IMG/VR virus record: IMGVR_UViG_3300027746_000697 | Location: 1 to 64,000 of that record | Length of the DNA stretch: 64,000 bases | Strand: one strand, 5' to 3' | From: a virus | Shown: piece by piece, positions 47,449 to 56,764 of the stretch | Layout: each line of letters starts with the position of its first letter | Numbering within the stretch: position 1 is the first letter of the stretch | Notes under the pieces: generated by a model | The model's input: the letters and a program-made list of their open reading frames with translations, nothing else | Databases searched by the model: none | Told to the model about the DNA's origin: nothing | Position numbers and translations under genes: made by a program

Positions 47449-48024
47449 ATGCCATCAGGATTTCAAAACGACACAAATCAGCTACAAGCTGAAATGTACA
47501 GAGCAACAATCACAATGAGTAATACAACCTATTACCCAACCGCAGACACAGACGATAACGGTGGAGTTACTCCCAGCGCATCAGACAGTTTTGCCACATT
47601 GCCAACTACACTGGCCAAGGGCAAGGCCCGTGCCAGAGGTAACATGCGTTTCCGCAATGTGGTAAATCGTCTAACAGGCCTGGGCGATTGCCAAATTCGT
47701 GATATTACTATTACAGAAGCCAACGGCGATGCACAAGCAACCAGTTTAGCATTCACTGTGGCCTACGATAGACCAAGTCTTATCACTGTTAGCGGCACAT
47801 CAGTTGACGGAACCACAGCAATTACCACAACAGCGTTGGCTGTTAAAGATGCTGTTGCACGTGGCGTCAGAGACGTGACTGTGGCCAATACACGAGTATA
47901 TGACGGCACAAATGCACAAGATACACAAATGACTCTTACTGTGACCACAACAGGCGCAACTGCTACACAGACATACGGAACTGTGGCAGTTACCTTAATT
48001 GACGAAACAACACTTTTTGATTAA
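47449..48024 (+). CDS. putative virion structural protein
   Basis: late motif, AAGGAG SD, Thr-rich. Confidence 0.6.
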   Translation: MPSGFQNDTNQLQAEMYRATITMSNTTYYPTADTDDNGGVTPSASDSFATLPTTLAKGKARARGNMRFRNVVNRLTGLGDCQIRDITITEANGDAQATSLAFTVAYDRPSLITVSGTSVDGTTAITTTALAVKDAVARGVRDVTVANTRVYDGTNAQDTQMTLTVTTTGATATQTYGTVAVTLIDETTLFD

Positions 48025-48033
48025 GATTATCTG

Positions 48034-49248
48034 ATGATTTTAGCCTGGTTACTACTTCTTACTGGCTTAACAATATCTGCGGTTGCAATCTACTATTCTG
48101 TAGTAGGCCTGACCGCAATATTTTCTGCGGCCGTGATTCCGATTATTATCATGGGGTCCGCTCTTGAAGTTGGTAAACTTGTTTGCGCTTCCTGGTTAAA
48201 AGCCAATTGGGAACGTGCTCCTGCGTACATGAAGTACTACATGATATCAGCAGTGATTATCCTAATGCTTATTACTTCAATGGGAATCTTTGGATTCCTT
48301 TCAAAAGCTCACAACGACCAAAATCTAGTAAGTGGTGATGTGCAAAGTAAGATTGCCATCTACGACGAAAAAATTCGAACAGAACGAGAAAACATTGAAG
48401 CCAATCGTAAAGCACTCAAGCAAATGGATGCTACTATTGATGAAACTATTTCTCGTAGTAAAACAGATCAAGGTGCTGTAAACGCCAATGCAATGCGTCA
48501 GCGCCAAGCCAAAGAAAGAACACAGATACAAGCTGACATCACTAAATCTCAAAAATCCATTGCCGCCTTGAACGAAGAACGTTCTCCGATTGCCGCCGAA
48601 GTTCGCAAAGTAGAAGCTGAAGTAGGTCCAATCAAATACATTGCCAAGTTCATTTACGGAGAACATGGCGCAGATGAAAACATGTTGGAAAAAGCAGTAA
48701 CATGGATCATTGTTCTTATTGTTGTGGTATTTGACCCACTTGCAGTTATCATGTTATTGGCCGCACAAATGACGTTTGGATGGCGCAAAGAAGAACCAGC
48801 AGTAGTGGAAGCACCAGTTAAACTTGAGCCATCATATTCCAAGGATGAAGGTCCGTTAACTGATGATCAAATAGAGCAAATTAAGGCAACTGTAGAGGCA
48901 CCAAAAGAAGAAACTAGCGAAACACCGTTGACTGCACTAGGAGGTGATATAACAGCACCGGAGGAACCTTTAGTAACAATGACTGCTACCGAAGAATCAG
49001 AGCTAGCAAAGTGGAACAAGATGATAGAGCAAGCTGATGCATTATTAGCCCAAGAAGCTATAACTCAAGAAGAAGCTAAACGATATCGTTCCGAAATAGC
49101 AACTGCTGACAGCTACACAGAAGTAACAGGAGACAGGCTTAAACCCGATCTAACAGAAGTTATTGAACCTGAGTCAGAAGAGTCAAAAAAAAAGACTTAT
49201 ATGATCAAGGACCGTACGGGACAGATACTAGTAAAGGCTCGAGAATAG
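48034..49248 (+). CDS. multi-TM plus coiled-coil membrane protein
   Basis: three N-terminal TMs, long coiled coil, EAEVGPIKYIA, FDPLAV. Confidence 0.8.
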   Translation: MILAWLLLLTGLTISAVAIYYSVVGLTAIFSAAVIPIIIMGSALEVGKLVCASWLKANWERAPAYMKYYMISAVIILMLITSMGIFGFLSKAHNDQNLVSGDVQSKIAIYDEKIRTERENIEANRKALKQMDATIDETISRSKTDQGAVNANAMRQRQAKERTQIQADITKSQKSIAALNEERSPIAAEVRKVEAEVGPIKYIAKFIYGEHGADENMLEKAVTWIIVLIVVVFDPLAVIMLLAAQMTFGWRKEEPAVVEAPVKLEPSYSKDEGPLTDDQIEQIKATVEAPKEETSETPLTALGGDITAPEEPLVTMTATEESELAKWNKMIEQADALLAQEAITQEEAKRYRSEIATADSYTEVTGDRLKPDLTEVIEPESEESKKKTYMIKDRTGQILVKARE

Positions 49249-49298
49249 GCTACATACAGAACGAAGAACAACAAGCATCAAATTCAATTTGGAATAGA

Positions 49299-49532
49299 AT
49301 GATAGAACGCACCGGTATGAAACCCATCGATGAGTTGTACACATATTATTCACAAGGTGGATTTGAGCAAGTTGTGATAGATAATATCGTGGAACCTGAG
49401 TTAGCAGATTTCGTAGAGAAAACTAAAACAGACGGTCCAAGGTTTAATAGTTATCCAAAAGATAAATTAGAATATTTCGCAAGAAGGATATATGAACTTA
49501 GGAAAAATAACCCTGATAACACCGCCGGATAA
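49299..49532 (+). CDS. hypothetical protein, probably a -1 frameshift extension of 48034..49248
   Basis: frame open from 49173, spanning A_AAA_AAG. Confidence 0.55.
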   Translation: MIERTGMKPIDELYTYYSQGGFEQVVIDNIVEPELADFVEKTKTDGPRFNSYPKDKLEYFARRIYELRKNNPDNTAG

Positions 49533-49902
49533 GTTGTTCAATATGAACCTTAGCTACTTGTTAATCAAGCCATCTACTCAAGTTAAAGAGCAATTTCAGA
49601 TCATATTAAGCCAAATCTTAGAAGATGTAAACGTGTTTGTTTACGACGAAGACGATCACGACATTGGCTGGTTGCTGGGTATTGCACAACAAGTCGAAGT
49701 TATAATTATTGATGTTGATAATTGTGATTTAATCACAAGCCATTTTATTACATTTTTATTGGCTCATCCTAATTCTTACTATATAACTGTTGATGATACT
49801 ATTCCGTATAAATTAATTAGTAAGAATAGAATATATAATCTAGACTGGATTATTGAAAAAATAAAACAAGATGAGGATGACGCAGATGCTGAAGAAGATT
49901 AA
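49492..49902 (+). CDS. hypothetical protein
   Basis: ITLITPPD. Confidence 0.7.
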   Translation: MNLGKITLITPPDKLFNMNLSYLLIKPSTQVKEQFQIILSQILEDVNVFVYDEDDHDIGWLLGIAQQVEVIIIDVDNCDLITSHFITFLLAHPNSYYITVDDTIPYKLISKNRIYNLDWIIEKIKQDEDDADAEED

Positions 49903-50116
49903 AGGAACCGGAGTTACTGTTAGGGATAACGAAAATATCAATCAAACTTTGAGAAGGTTTAAAAAGAAGATTGAAGAAGCAGGAATCCTAGACGACCTAC
50001 GCAAACACGAGTTTTACGAAAAACCCACAACCGAACGCAAACGTAAAAAAGGTGCGGCCAAAGCTCGTTGGAGAAAGAAACTCGAAAGTCAGCAATTACC
50101 TAAAAAAATGTATTGA
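49871..50116 (+). CDS. rpsU: 30S ribosomal protein bS21
   Basis: [34 protein letters not shown]. Confidence 0.9.
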   Translation: MRMTQMLKKIKGTGVTVRDNENINQTLRRFKKKIEEAGILDDLRKHEFYEKPTTERKRKKGAAKARWRKKLESQQLPKKMY

Positions 50117-50141
50117 CACAGCATCTGTATTATGTTATAAT
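50113..50141 (+). promoter_or_regulatory. consensus sigma70 promoter
   Basis: TTGACA-17-TATAAT. Confidence 0.85.
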
Positions 50142-50169
50142 TTAAGCTCACAATAAAGAAAGAGCTTAA

Positions 50170-50754
50170 ATGGCAAATACAGACGTGATGATTGATTTGG
50201 AGACGCTTAACACTACTCCGGATGCAACCATACTTACAATCGGTGCAGTAAAATTTGATCCGTTTGGCAGAGAATTACAAGAACCAAAAATGGACAGTTT
50301 TTACTGCCGAGTAGACACAGATAGCTGTGACCGAATTGGACTAACTACCAACGATGATACCATTGCTTGGTGGGCCAGTCAAAGCAAAGAAGCTCAAGAT
50401 GCGGCTTTTGATCCCACTGATAGACTTGATATAGAAGAAGCGTTTGCTCGTCTGTACAAGTTCTGTTGGGGTGCTAAACGTGTTTGGAGTAATGGTTCTA
50501 CATTTGATATTATCATTTGCGAGCATGTGTATCGCAAAATCAATCGTGCTATACCTTGGAAGTTTTGGGAAGTACGTGATGTGCGTACAGCATTTGATCT
50601 TGGCATTAATCCACACCGTCCGCCAGTCACAGCTCATCATGCATTGGAAGATGCTTGGAATCAAGCAGTTGGAATTCAAAATGTCTACAACACACTACGC
50701 ACTAGCACAACCAGTGCCGGCGATTATATCGCACCATTTGCAAATCAAAGGTAA
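50170..50754 (+). CDS. DEDDh 3'-5' exonuclease
   Basis: MIDLET, WSNG..FD, RDVRT, HHALEDA. Confidence 0.88.
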   Translation: MANTDVMIDLETLNTTPDATILTIGAVKFDPFGRELQEPKMDSFYCRVDTDSCDRIGLTTNDDTIAWWASQSKEAQDAAFDPTDRLDIEEAFARLYKFCWGAKRVWSNGSTFDIIICEHVYRKINRAIPWKFWEVRDVRTAFDLGINPHRPPVTAHHALEDAWNQAVGIQNVYNTLRTSTTSAGDYIAPFANQR

Positions 50755-50757
50755 TAT

Positions 50758-51042
50758 ATGGACAGTCAAACTAAAGAAGTAATGGACATTCTCCAAGAAG
50801 AATGTGCTGAAGTAATTCAAGCAGTTAGTAAAATCAGCAGATTTGGACTAGACAATTTCAAACCAGGAAAACCCAAAACTAACAGAGAACACTTGGAAGA
50901 AGAATTGGGCGATTTGTATGCTATGATTGAAATTCTACAAGAACTAGATGTAGTTAGCTGGACTAACATTGAAAAAGCCGCAGAAGCCAAGCGTGAAAAA
51001 CTTAAAATTTGGTCCAATATCTTTAATTCAGAGAACATCTGA
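50758..51042 (+). CDS. MazG-like NTP pyrophosphohydrolase
   Basis: EECAE..EELGD. Confidence 0.8.
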   Translation: MDSQTKEVMDILQEECAEVIQAVSKISRFGLDNFKPGKPKTNREHLEEELGDLYAMIEILQELDVVSWTNIEKAAEAKREKLKIWSNIFNSENI

Positions 51043-51054
51043 GATAAATAAATT

Positions 51055-51111
51055 TGTAAAACGCCGTAAGGGTTTTACATATTCTTGCTTAATTTAAAGG
51101 AGAAAATTATG
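51055..51111 (+). promoter_or_regulatory. ROSE-like RNA thermometer leader of dnaK
   Basis: hairpin followed by TTCTTGCT pairing with the AAGGAGAA SD. Confidence 0.55.
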
Positions 51112-53013
51112 AGCAAAATCATCGGTATCGATTTAGGTACAACAAATAGCTGTGTAGCAATCCTAGAAAATGGAATTGCCAAAGTAATTGAAAACAGCGA
51201 AGGTGCTAGAACAACACCATCAATCATTGCGTATACAGAGAAAGAAATTCTTGTAGGCGCAACAGCAAAACGACAAGCAGTCACAAACCCAAAGAACACT
51301 ATCTACGCAAGCAAGCGTCTTATTGGGCGCAAGTTTGACGAAAAAGAAGTACAGAAAGACATTGACTTGATGCCATACAATATTATCAAAGCTGATAATG
51401 GTGACGCATGGATTGAAGCCAACGGTGAAAAACTTGCACCACAACAAGTGTCAGCTGAAGTATTGCGTAAAATGAAAAAGACAGCGGAGGATTATCTTGG
51501 TACAGAAGTTACTCAAGCAGTTATCACAGTTCCTGCATACTTTAACGATAGCCAAAGACAAGCAACTAAAGATGCTGGCCGCATTGCCGGCTTGGAAGTA
51601 CTGCGTATTATTAACGAACCTACTGCGGCAGCTCTTGCTTATGGTGTTGATAAAGCTGATAAAAGAGACAGGAAAATTGCTGTTTACGACCTTGGTGGTG
51701 GTACATTCGACATATCAATCATTGAAATTGCAAATATTGACGGCGATAAACAAATTGAAGTACTAAGCACCAACGGCGACACCTTCTTGGGCGGTGAAGA
51801 CTTTGATCAAGTTATCATGGATCACTTGGTTGACGAGTTCAAGAAAGACAGCGGCATTGATCTTAAGAAAGACATGCTGGCCTTACAACGCCTCAAAGAG
51901 TCAGCGGAAAAAGCCAAGATTGAATTGTCCAGCGCCGCCAGTACCAGTGTTAACTTGCCATACATCACAGCAGACGCAACTGGTCCTAAGCACATGAATG
52001 TAACTATCAGTCGTGCTAAGTTTGAAGGCATGGTTGAGCAACTTATTGAGCGTTCAATTGCTCCATGTAAGATTGCCATGACTGATGCCAAAGTAACTGC
52101 CGCAGACATTGACGAGGTTATACTGGTTGGTGGACAAACACGTATGCCTAAAGTACAAGAAGCAGTTGAGAAACTGTTTGGCAAGTCTCCACGCAAAGAC
52201 GTTAACCCAGACGAAGCAGTGGCCGCAGGTGCCGCGATTCAAGGTGCAGTGTTGGCCGGCGACAAGACGGATGTGCTGTTGCTGGACGTGACACCATTGA
52301 GCCTAGGTATTGAAACAATGGGCGGTGTGTTTACCAAGTTGATTGCCAAGAACACAACAATTCCAACCAAGGCCAGTCAAACATTCAGCACTGCGGATGA
52401 TAATCAACCAGCTGTGGACATCAAAGTAGCACAAGGCGAGCGTGAACTATTCAAGTTCAACAAAGCACTGGGTGAATTCAAGTTAGATGGTATTAGTCCA
52501 CAACCACGTGGCATGCCGCAAATTGAAGTTACGTTTGATATTGACGCAAACGGAATTATGAATATCAGTGCCAAAGATAAAAGCACCGGTAAAGAAAACA
52601 AGATCACTATTAAAAGCGATAGCGGATTATCAGAAGCTGAAATCCAGCGCATGGTACGTGAAGCGGAAGACAACGCAGAGTCTGATAAGAAAATACGTGA
52701 GTTAATTGATGCACGTAACAGTGCAGAATCAACTACACACGGCATCAAGAAAGACTTTGAAGAATTCAAAGATCAGTTGACTGAGGAAGAAAAGACTGCA
52801 TACGAAACTGCATTCAAAACTGTCGAAACAGCAGTTTTAGGTGAAGACGTAGAAGCCATTACTACATCAGTTACTGCATTTTTTGAAGCGGCCGGTCCTG
52901 TAATTGCTAAAAAGCAAGCCGCAGAACAGGCCAAAACTGCACCACAAACTCAAGGTGGTGAACAAACTGTGGATGCGGCCTTTACAGAGGTTGACCCCGC
53001 AGACAAAAAGTAA
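51109..53013 (+). CDS. dnaK: chaperone DnaK (Hsp70)
   Basis: [32 protein letters not shown]. Confidence 0.97.
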   Translation: MSKIIGIDLGTTNSCVAILENGIAKVIENSEGARTTPSIIAYTEKEILVGATAKRQAVTNPKNTIYASKRLIGRKFDEKEVQKDIDLMPYNIIKADNGDAWIEANGEKLAPQQVSAEVLRKMKKTAEDYLGTEVTQAVITVPAYFNDSQRQATKDAGRIAGLEVLRIINEPTAAALAYGVDKADKRDRKIAVYDLGGGTFDISIIEIANIDGDKQIEVLSTNGDTFLGGEDFDQVIMDHLVDEFKKDSGIDLKKDMLALQRLKESAEKAKIELSSAASTSVNLPYITADATGPKHMNVTISRAKFEGMVEQLIERSIAPCKIAMTDAKVTAADIDEVILVGGQTRMPKVQEAVEKLFGKSPRKDVNPDEAVAAGAAIQGAVLAGDKTDVLLLDVTPLSLGIETMGGVFTKLIAKNTTIPTKASQTFSTADDNQPAVDIKVAQGERELFKFNKALGEFKLDGISPQPRGMPQIEVTFDIDANGIMNISAKDKSTGKENKITIKSDSGLSEAEIQRMVREAEDNAESDKKIRELIDARNSAESTTHGIKKDFEEFKDQLTEEEKTAYETAFKTVETAVLGEDVEAITTSVTAFFEAAGPVIAKKQAAEQAKTAPQTQGGEQTVDAAFTEVDPADKK

Positions 53014-53019
53014 TATAAT
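52991..53019 (+). promoter_or_regulatory. sigma70 promoter for hsp20 embedded in the dnaK 3' end
   Basis: TTGACC-17-TATAAT. Confidence 0.75.
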
Positions 53020-53026
53020 GTAACAT

Positions 53027-53082
53027 GCAGGACGCCTTAGGGGTCCTGCGAGGTTCTTGCTTATTTAAAGGAGAAAATTATG
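53027..53082 (+). promoter_or_regulatory. ROSE-like RNA thermometer leader of hsp20
   Basis: GCAGGAC..GTCCTGC hairpin followed by TTCTTGCT..AAGGAGAA. Confidence 0.6.
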
Positions 53083-53502
53083 AACCAACTTAGAACTATT
53101 GACGCCGCTCACTTGGCTAATCTTAGCAGAGCACTTGTGGGATTTGATCGTTATTTTAACGGACAATTTCCCAACACTAATGGTAACTATCCACCACACA
53201 ACATTGTAAAGTATGATGAAACACATTACAGTATTGAAGTGGCAGTTGCCGGCTTCACCAAAGAAGAAATCAATGTAACTGTTGATCAAGATCAATTAAC
53301 TATCATCGGCAAACAACACATAACCGACGACAGTAAAGAGTACTTGCATCGAGGGTTAGCGGCTAGAGACTTTGAACAGACATTTACTCTTGCTGAGTAT
53401 ATGGAAGTCAAAGGTGCTGAAGTTAAAGATGGTATGCTCAAAATTCAAATAGAGCGTATTATTCCAGAGGCACTCAGACCTCGGCATATTGAAATTAAAT
53501 AA
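53080..53502 (+). CDS. small heat-shock protein (IbpA-like)
   Basis: NYPPHNI, AVAGF, YLHRGLA.R.F, DGML. Confidence 0.93.
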   Translation: MNQLRTIDAAHLANLSRALVGFDRYFNGQFPNTNGNYPPHNIVKYDETHYSIEVAVAGFTKEEINVTVDQDQLTIIGKQHITDDSKEYLHRGLAARDFEQTFTLAEYMEVKGAEVKDGMLKIQIERIIPEALRPRHIEIK

Positions 53503-53550
53503 TTGTAAATAACAATGGGGGAGGAAACTCCCCCAACATCGGAGAACTAA

Positions 53551-53853
53551 ATGGCAGGCACGGATATTCAACTAGAAGAGAAAATTAAAGTAGTAGTAAG
53601 CGAACCTAAAAGATGGAAGGTTATCCTGCTCAACGATGATTCAACTCCAATGGATTTTGTTGTTTCAGTATTAATTGAAATTTTTAAACATAACCCTGAT
53701 ACTGCTCACGCTGTCATGGCAGAAGTACATGAAACCGGAAGTGGAATTGCCGGAATTTATAGCTTTGAAATTGCCGAAGCCAAAGCCGTTGAAGCAACCA
53801 ATCAAGCTCGTACTAGCAACCATCCTTTACAGATTAAATTGGAAGAAGAATGA
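53551..53853 (+). CDS. clpS: Clp protease adaptor ClpS
   Basis: KVILLNDD.TPMDFV, VH..G, EIAE.K, HPL. Confidence 0.9.
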   Translation: MAGTDIQLEEKIKVVVSEPKRWKVILLNDDSTPMDFVVSVLIEIFKHNPDTAHAVMAEVHETGSGIAGIYSFEIAEAKAVEATNQARTSNHPLQIKLEEE

Positions 53854-54395
53854 GTCTGCGAGATATTACCAAAGACCTTCATCACAAGGCAGAGACAACA
53901 ACATTTGCCAAGATGCTTCTTAGCGGCAAAATTGAAAAATCACACTATAGAAACTATCTGTATAATCTATTAGCAATATACGATCCAATTGAATGGTATT
54001 GTAAGCGGCAAGGTTTTTTTACAAATTTACACGAGTTGCCAAGATTGAAATCAATCCTTGCAGATTTTCTTGAACTGGATGAATGCGAATATTACTATTT
54101 AACTCCTGCTACTCTAGAGTATCAGGCATACTTGCACAAGCTGGCCAACGATCCAGAGCGTAAACATCTTATTAAAGCACACTTGTATTGCAGACACATG
54201 GGCGATTTATTTGGTGGTCAGATTATTAAGAAACAAGTAGCACATATTTCAAGTGGCAAATTTTATGAATTTGAAAATGCTGACACTATGAAGACTGCTA
54301 TTCGTTCAATGCTAACAGATGACCTTGGAGACGAAGCTCGTGTGGCGTTTGAGTACGCTATCAAAATGATGCGGGATCTCTACCATGGAGAGTAA
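53850..54395 (+). CDS. heme oxygenase
   Basis: LRDITKDLH..AE; AHLYCRHMGDLFGGQII. Confidence 0.9.
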   Translation: MSLRDITKDLHHKAETTTFAKMLLSGKIEKSHYRNYLYNLLAIYDPIEWYCKRQGFFTNLHELPRLKSILADFLELDECEYYYLTPATLEYQAYLHKLANDPERKHLIKAHLYCRHMGDLFGGQIIKKQVAHISSGKFYEFENADTMKTAIRSMLTDDLGDEARVAFEYAIKMMRDLYHGE

Positions 54396-55068
54396 TGTCT
54401 GGGATACATTGATCAAGATTGAGCAGTATCTTGAGTCACAATTTTACGCAACTGGTAGCATTATACACGAACCGGGTATGGCTCGCTTCAATCAACCAGG
54501 CTGGGTAAACAAAGTATGGGCAAGTAGTCGTTATCGTCGTGCCCATATCGATGTGGTAGATGCACGTGAAACAAAAGGCTTGTGGATGATGCATTGTTGC
54601 ATTTTCCCACATACCCACAATCCTGCTCCAATTTTTGGCTTTGATGTCATAGCAGGTAAAAACAAAATTACTGGTTGTTTTATCGACTACAGTCCAGCTG
54701 GCGATGCAGAACATCCTATGATTGAATACTTTGGCAAAGAAGTTGGCCGCTACGAGTGGAATAAAAAACGCAAACTGCCTGAGTGGGCAGAGCGCATTTT
54801 CAGCGAGCACATGGTGGCCGCCGGCAACGTAAGCGATGAAACTGAACTTAACCAACTCACAAGTCTGGCACATATCCTAGTAAATCATTACTTAGACTCA
54901 GTATCTGAAACTAATAATACAACCAACAATACTACAGAATCACAGAATTATTATTGTGAGAATCAAAAGCAAAACCCACATACTCCTAAAGTTATGGTTA
55001 GTTTAGGGCTTAGTGAGGAAGATGTACAGGTTTTTATTCAGGATTGCTTGTTCCCCGAAATACGATAA
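54385..55068 (+). CDS. ferredoxin-dependent bilin reductase (PcyX/PcyA-like)
   Basis: RRAH, MHCCIFP..PIFGFD, DYSP, LPEWA..IFS, Q..YC.NQKQNPHT, LFP; follows heme oxygenase. Confidence 0.85.
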   Translation: MESNVWDTLIKIEQYLESQFYATGSIIHEPGMARFNQPGWVNKVWASSRYRRAHIDVVDARETKGLWMMHCCIFPHTHNPAPIFGFDVIAGKNKITGCFIDYSPAGDAEHPMIEYFGKEVGRYEWNKKRKLPEWAERIFSEHMVAAGNVSDETELNQLTSLAHILVNHYLDSVSETNNTTNNTTESQNYYCENQKQNPHTPKVMVSLGLSEEDVQVFIQDCLFPEIR

Positions 55069-55078
55069 ATATTTTACT

Positions 55079-56695
55079 ATGAATATTCTCGATATAATCA
55101 CCGAAACAGCCATGTCTGCTGGCGAACTTCAAAAACATAACTATCTCAGTAATTTTGCCCAATTAATAAAATTAGGAACCCCTATAAAAATTGTAGCAAG
55201 CAAGCAAGATAAATTTGGAGAAACTGTTATAATCTCTAAAACTACAGCAATGCAAGCAATAAAAGACATCCTTATGGGCCGCGCAACAAGTTTACCGCTG
55301 AGTCGAGAAAGCATAAAAATTGTAAATGCATTACCTTCTAATGCTACAGCTAAATCTAAAATACTGCTAGTACCTATTACTGCTATAGAAAAGTCTATGC
55401 AAATTAAAGGAAAAACTAGCGATTTTAACATAGGCGGAATTGGAGAAATATGTTTAGGAGTTGCGGCAACTGCTAGATTTTTAAAATTAGCAGAATTAAT
55501 TGATGTGATGGATTTTATAAATTTTGCTAATGAGTTAAAAGTAACTCCATTTGTTGGAAAAACTGGAAAAATTGGAAACTCATTAAAATTAACATATTCC
55601 GGACCACTATATCATACTAACGGTAAAACAGATAAATTATTTTGTGTAATTGTTGCGCCAGGCCGCGACGTTAAAACATTCCTGCAAATAATGAAAAATC
55701 CTGAGTCTGCGCCACAAGCAGTTCAATCAGTTATATCATCATCTGTGGTATACGCTAACGATGCTAAAAAAATATCTGTAGGTATTAAAAGAACTTCTGA
55801 AGATCCTAATATTAATAATATTGAAATTGTAGCAGACGGACAAAGCGATAATAAAGGAACAAAAGCAGATTTAGTAATGAATATCGACCAGTCTCGAATT
55901 ACACTTATTAGTGCTAAAACAGGCCCAAGTCAACTTGGGCAAGCATCGGGCAAAGAATTTTCTAAACAAGTTGACTTCTTTCAAACTGTTTTCGGAGTTG
56001 ACATAAGCGGATTAAAGAAAACTTGGATTCCAGACGGCAAAGCCGACAATACTCCTACACTTACTATTGCTTGGCAAAAACATGCAATTCCTAAAGTATT
56101 ACGATTAACAGGCGGCGACAGTGTTCAAAAAGAAGCAAGTTTAGTACAATCGATAGCTAAAGGATTAATAAGATATGCTAACGACCAAACAGACACGGGT
56201 GAAGTAGAGACCGTAGATATTGTCAAATTAATCACAGATGTTGGACAGCCTGGTTATACTTTAATGAGAATTGACTCAAGGTTGGAATCAGCATTATCAA
56301 AAGTTGACTTACACGGAAGCCATACAGAACGCGGTGTTGCTGTATCTGGTAATGTTAATGGAAAAATGATTAGTTTATTTAGGGCTTGGAGTTATTACAG
56401 TCCGGCAGGAAAAACTACCAGAACTGCCATTGCTGGAGGCCCGTTGTTAGATACGTTAGCTGTATTGACTCCTGAGCAATATAGACAAGAAACTCCAACT
56501 CTAGTAGTTAGACCATCAAAAGAAAAAACTGCGGTTAAAACTGTACCAGTTAAAAAAACTGCGGTTAAAACTGTACCAGTTAACAATGTTCCTGTTGACA
56601 CAACTACAGATAACTCCGTTGTAGTGGAACCATCATCTACACAAGACATCGATGACCCAATGCAAGCAGAATCTATAATACGTCTAAAGTTTTAA
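55079..56695 (+). CDS. large protein with MNILDIITE leader and PD-(D/E)XK-like motif
   Basis: G.IGE, TKADL..ISAK; AT-rich. Confidence 0.55.
   Translation: MNILDIITETAMSAGELQKHNYLSNFAQLIKLGTPIKIVASKQDKFGETVIISKTTAMQAIKDILMGRATSLPLSRESIKIVNALPSNATAKSKILLVPITAIEKSMQIKGKTSDFNIGGIGEICLGVAATARFLKLAELIDVMDFINFANELKVTPFVGKTGKIGNSLKLTYSGPLYHTNGKTDKLFCVIVAPGRDVKTFLQIMKNPESAPQAVQSVISSSVVYANDAKKISVGIKRTSEDPNINNIEIVADGQSDNKGTKADLVMNIDQSRITLISAKTGPSQLGQASGKEFSKQVDFFQTVFGVDISGLKKTWIPDGKADNTPTLTIAWQKHAIPKVLRLTGGDSVQKEASLVQSIAKGLIRYANDQTDTGEVETVDIVKLITDVGQPGYTLMRIDSRLESALSKVDLHGSHTERGVAVSGNVNGKMISLFRAWSYYSPAGKTTRTAIAGGPLLDTLAVLTPEQYRQETPTLVVRPSKEKTAVKTVPVKKTAVKTVPVNNVPVDTTTDNSVVVEPSSTQDIDDPMQAESIIRLKF
56523..56581 (+). 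repeat. 30-bp coding tandem repeat (KTAVKTVPV x2)
   Basis: aaaaaactgcggttaaaactgtaccagtt repeated. Confidence 0.85.
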
Positions 56696-56764
56696 TCTTG
56701 CAGTAACAATAAAAGTAGTAGTTATCGATAAATACTGGTATAATAACTTAACCGGGAGCTAATT

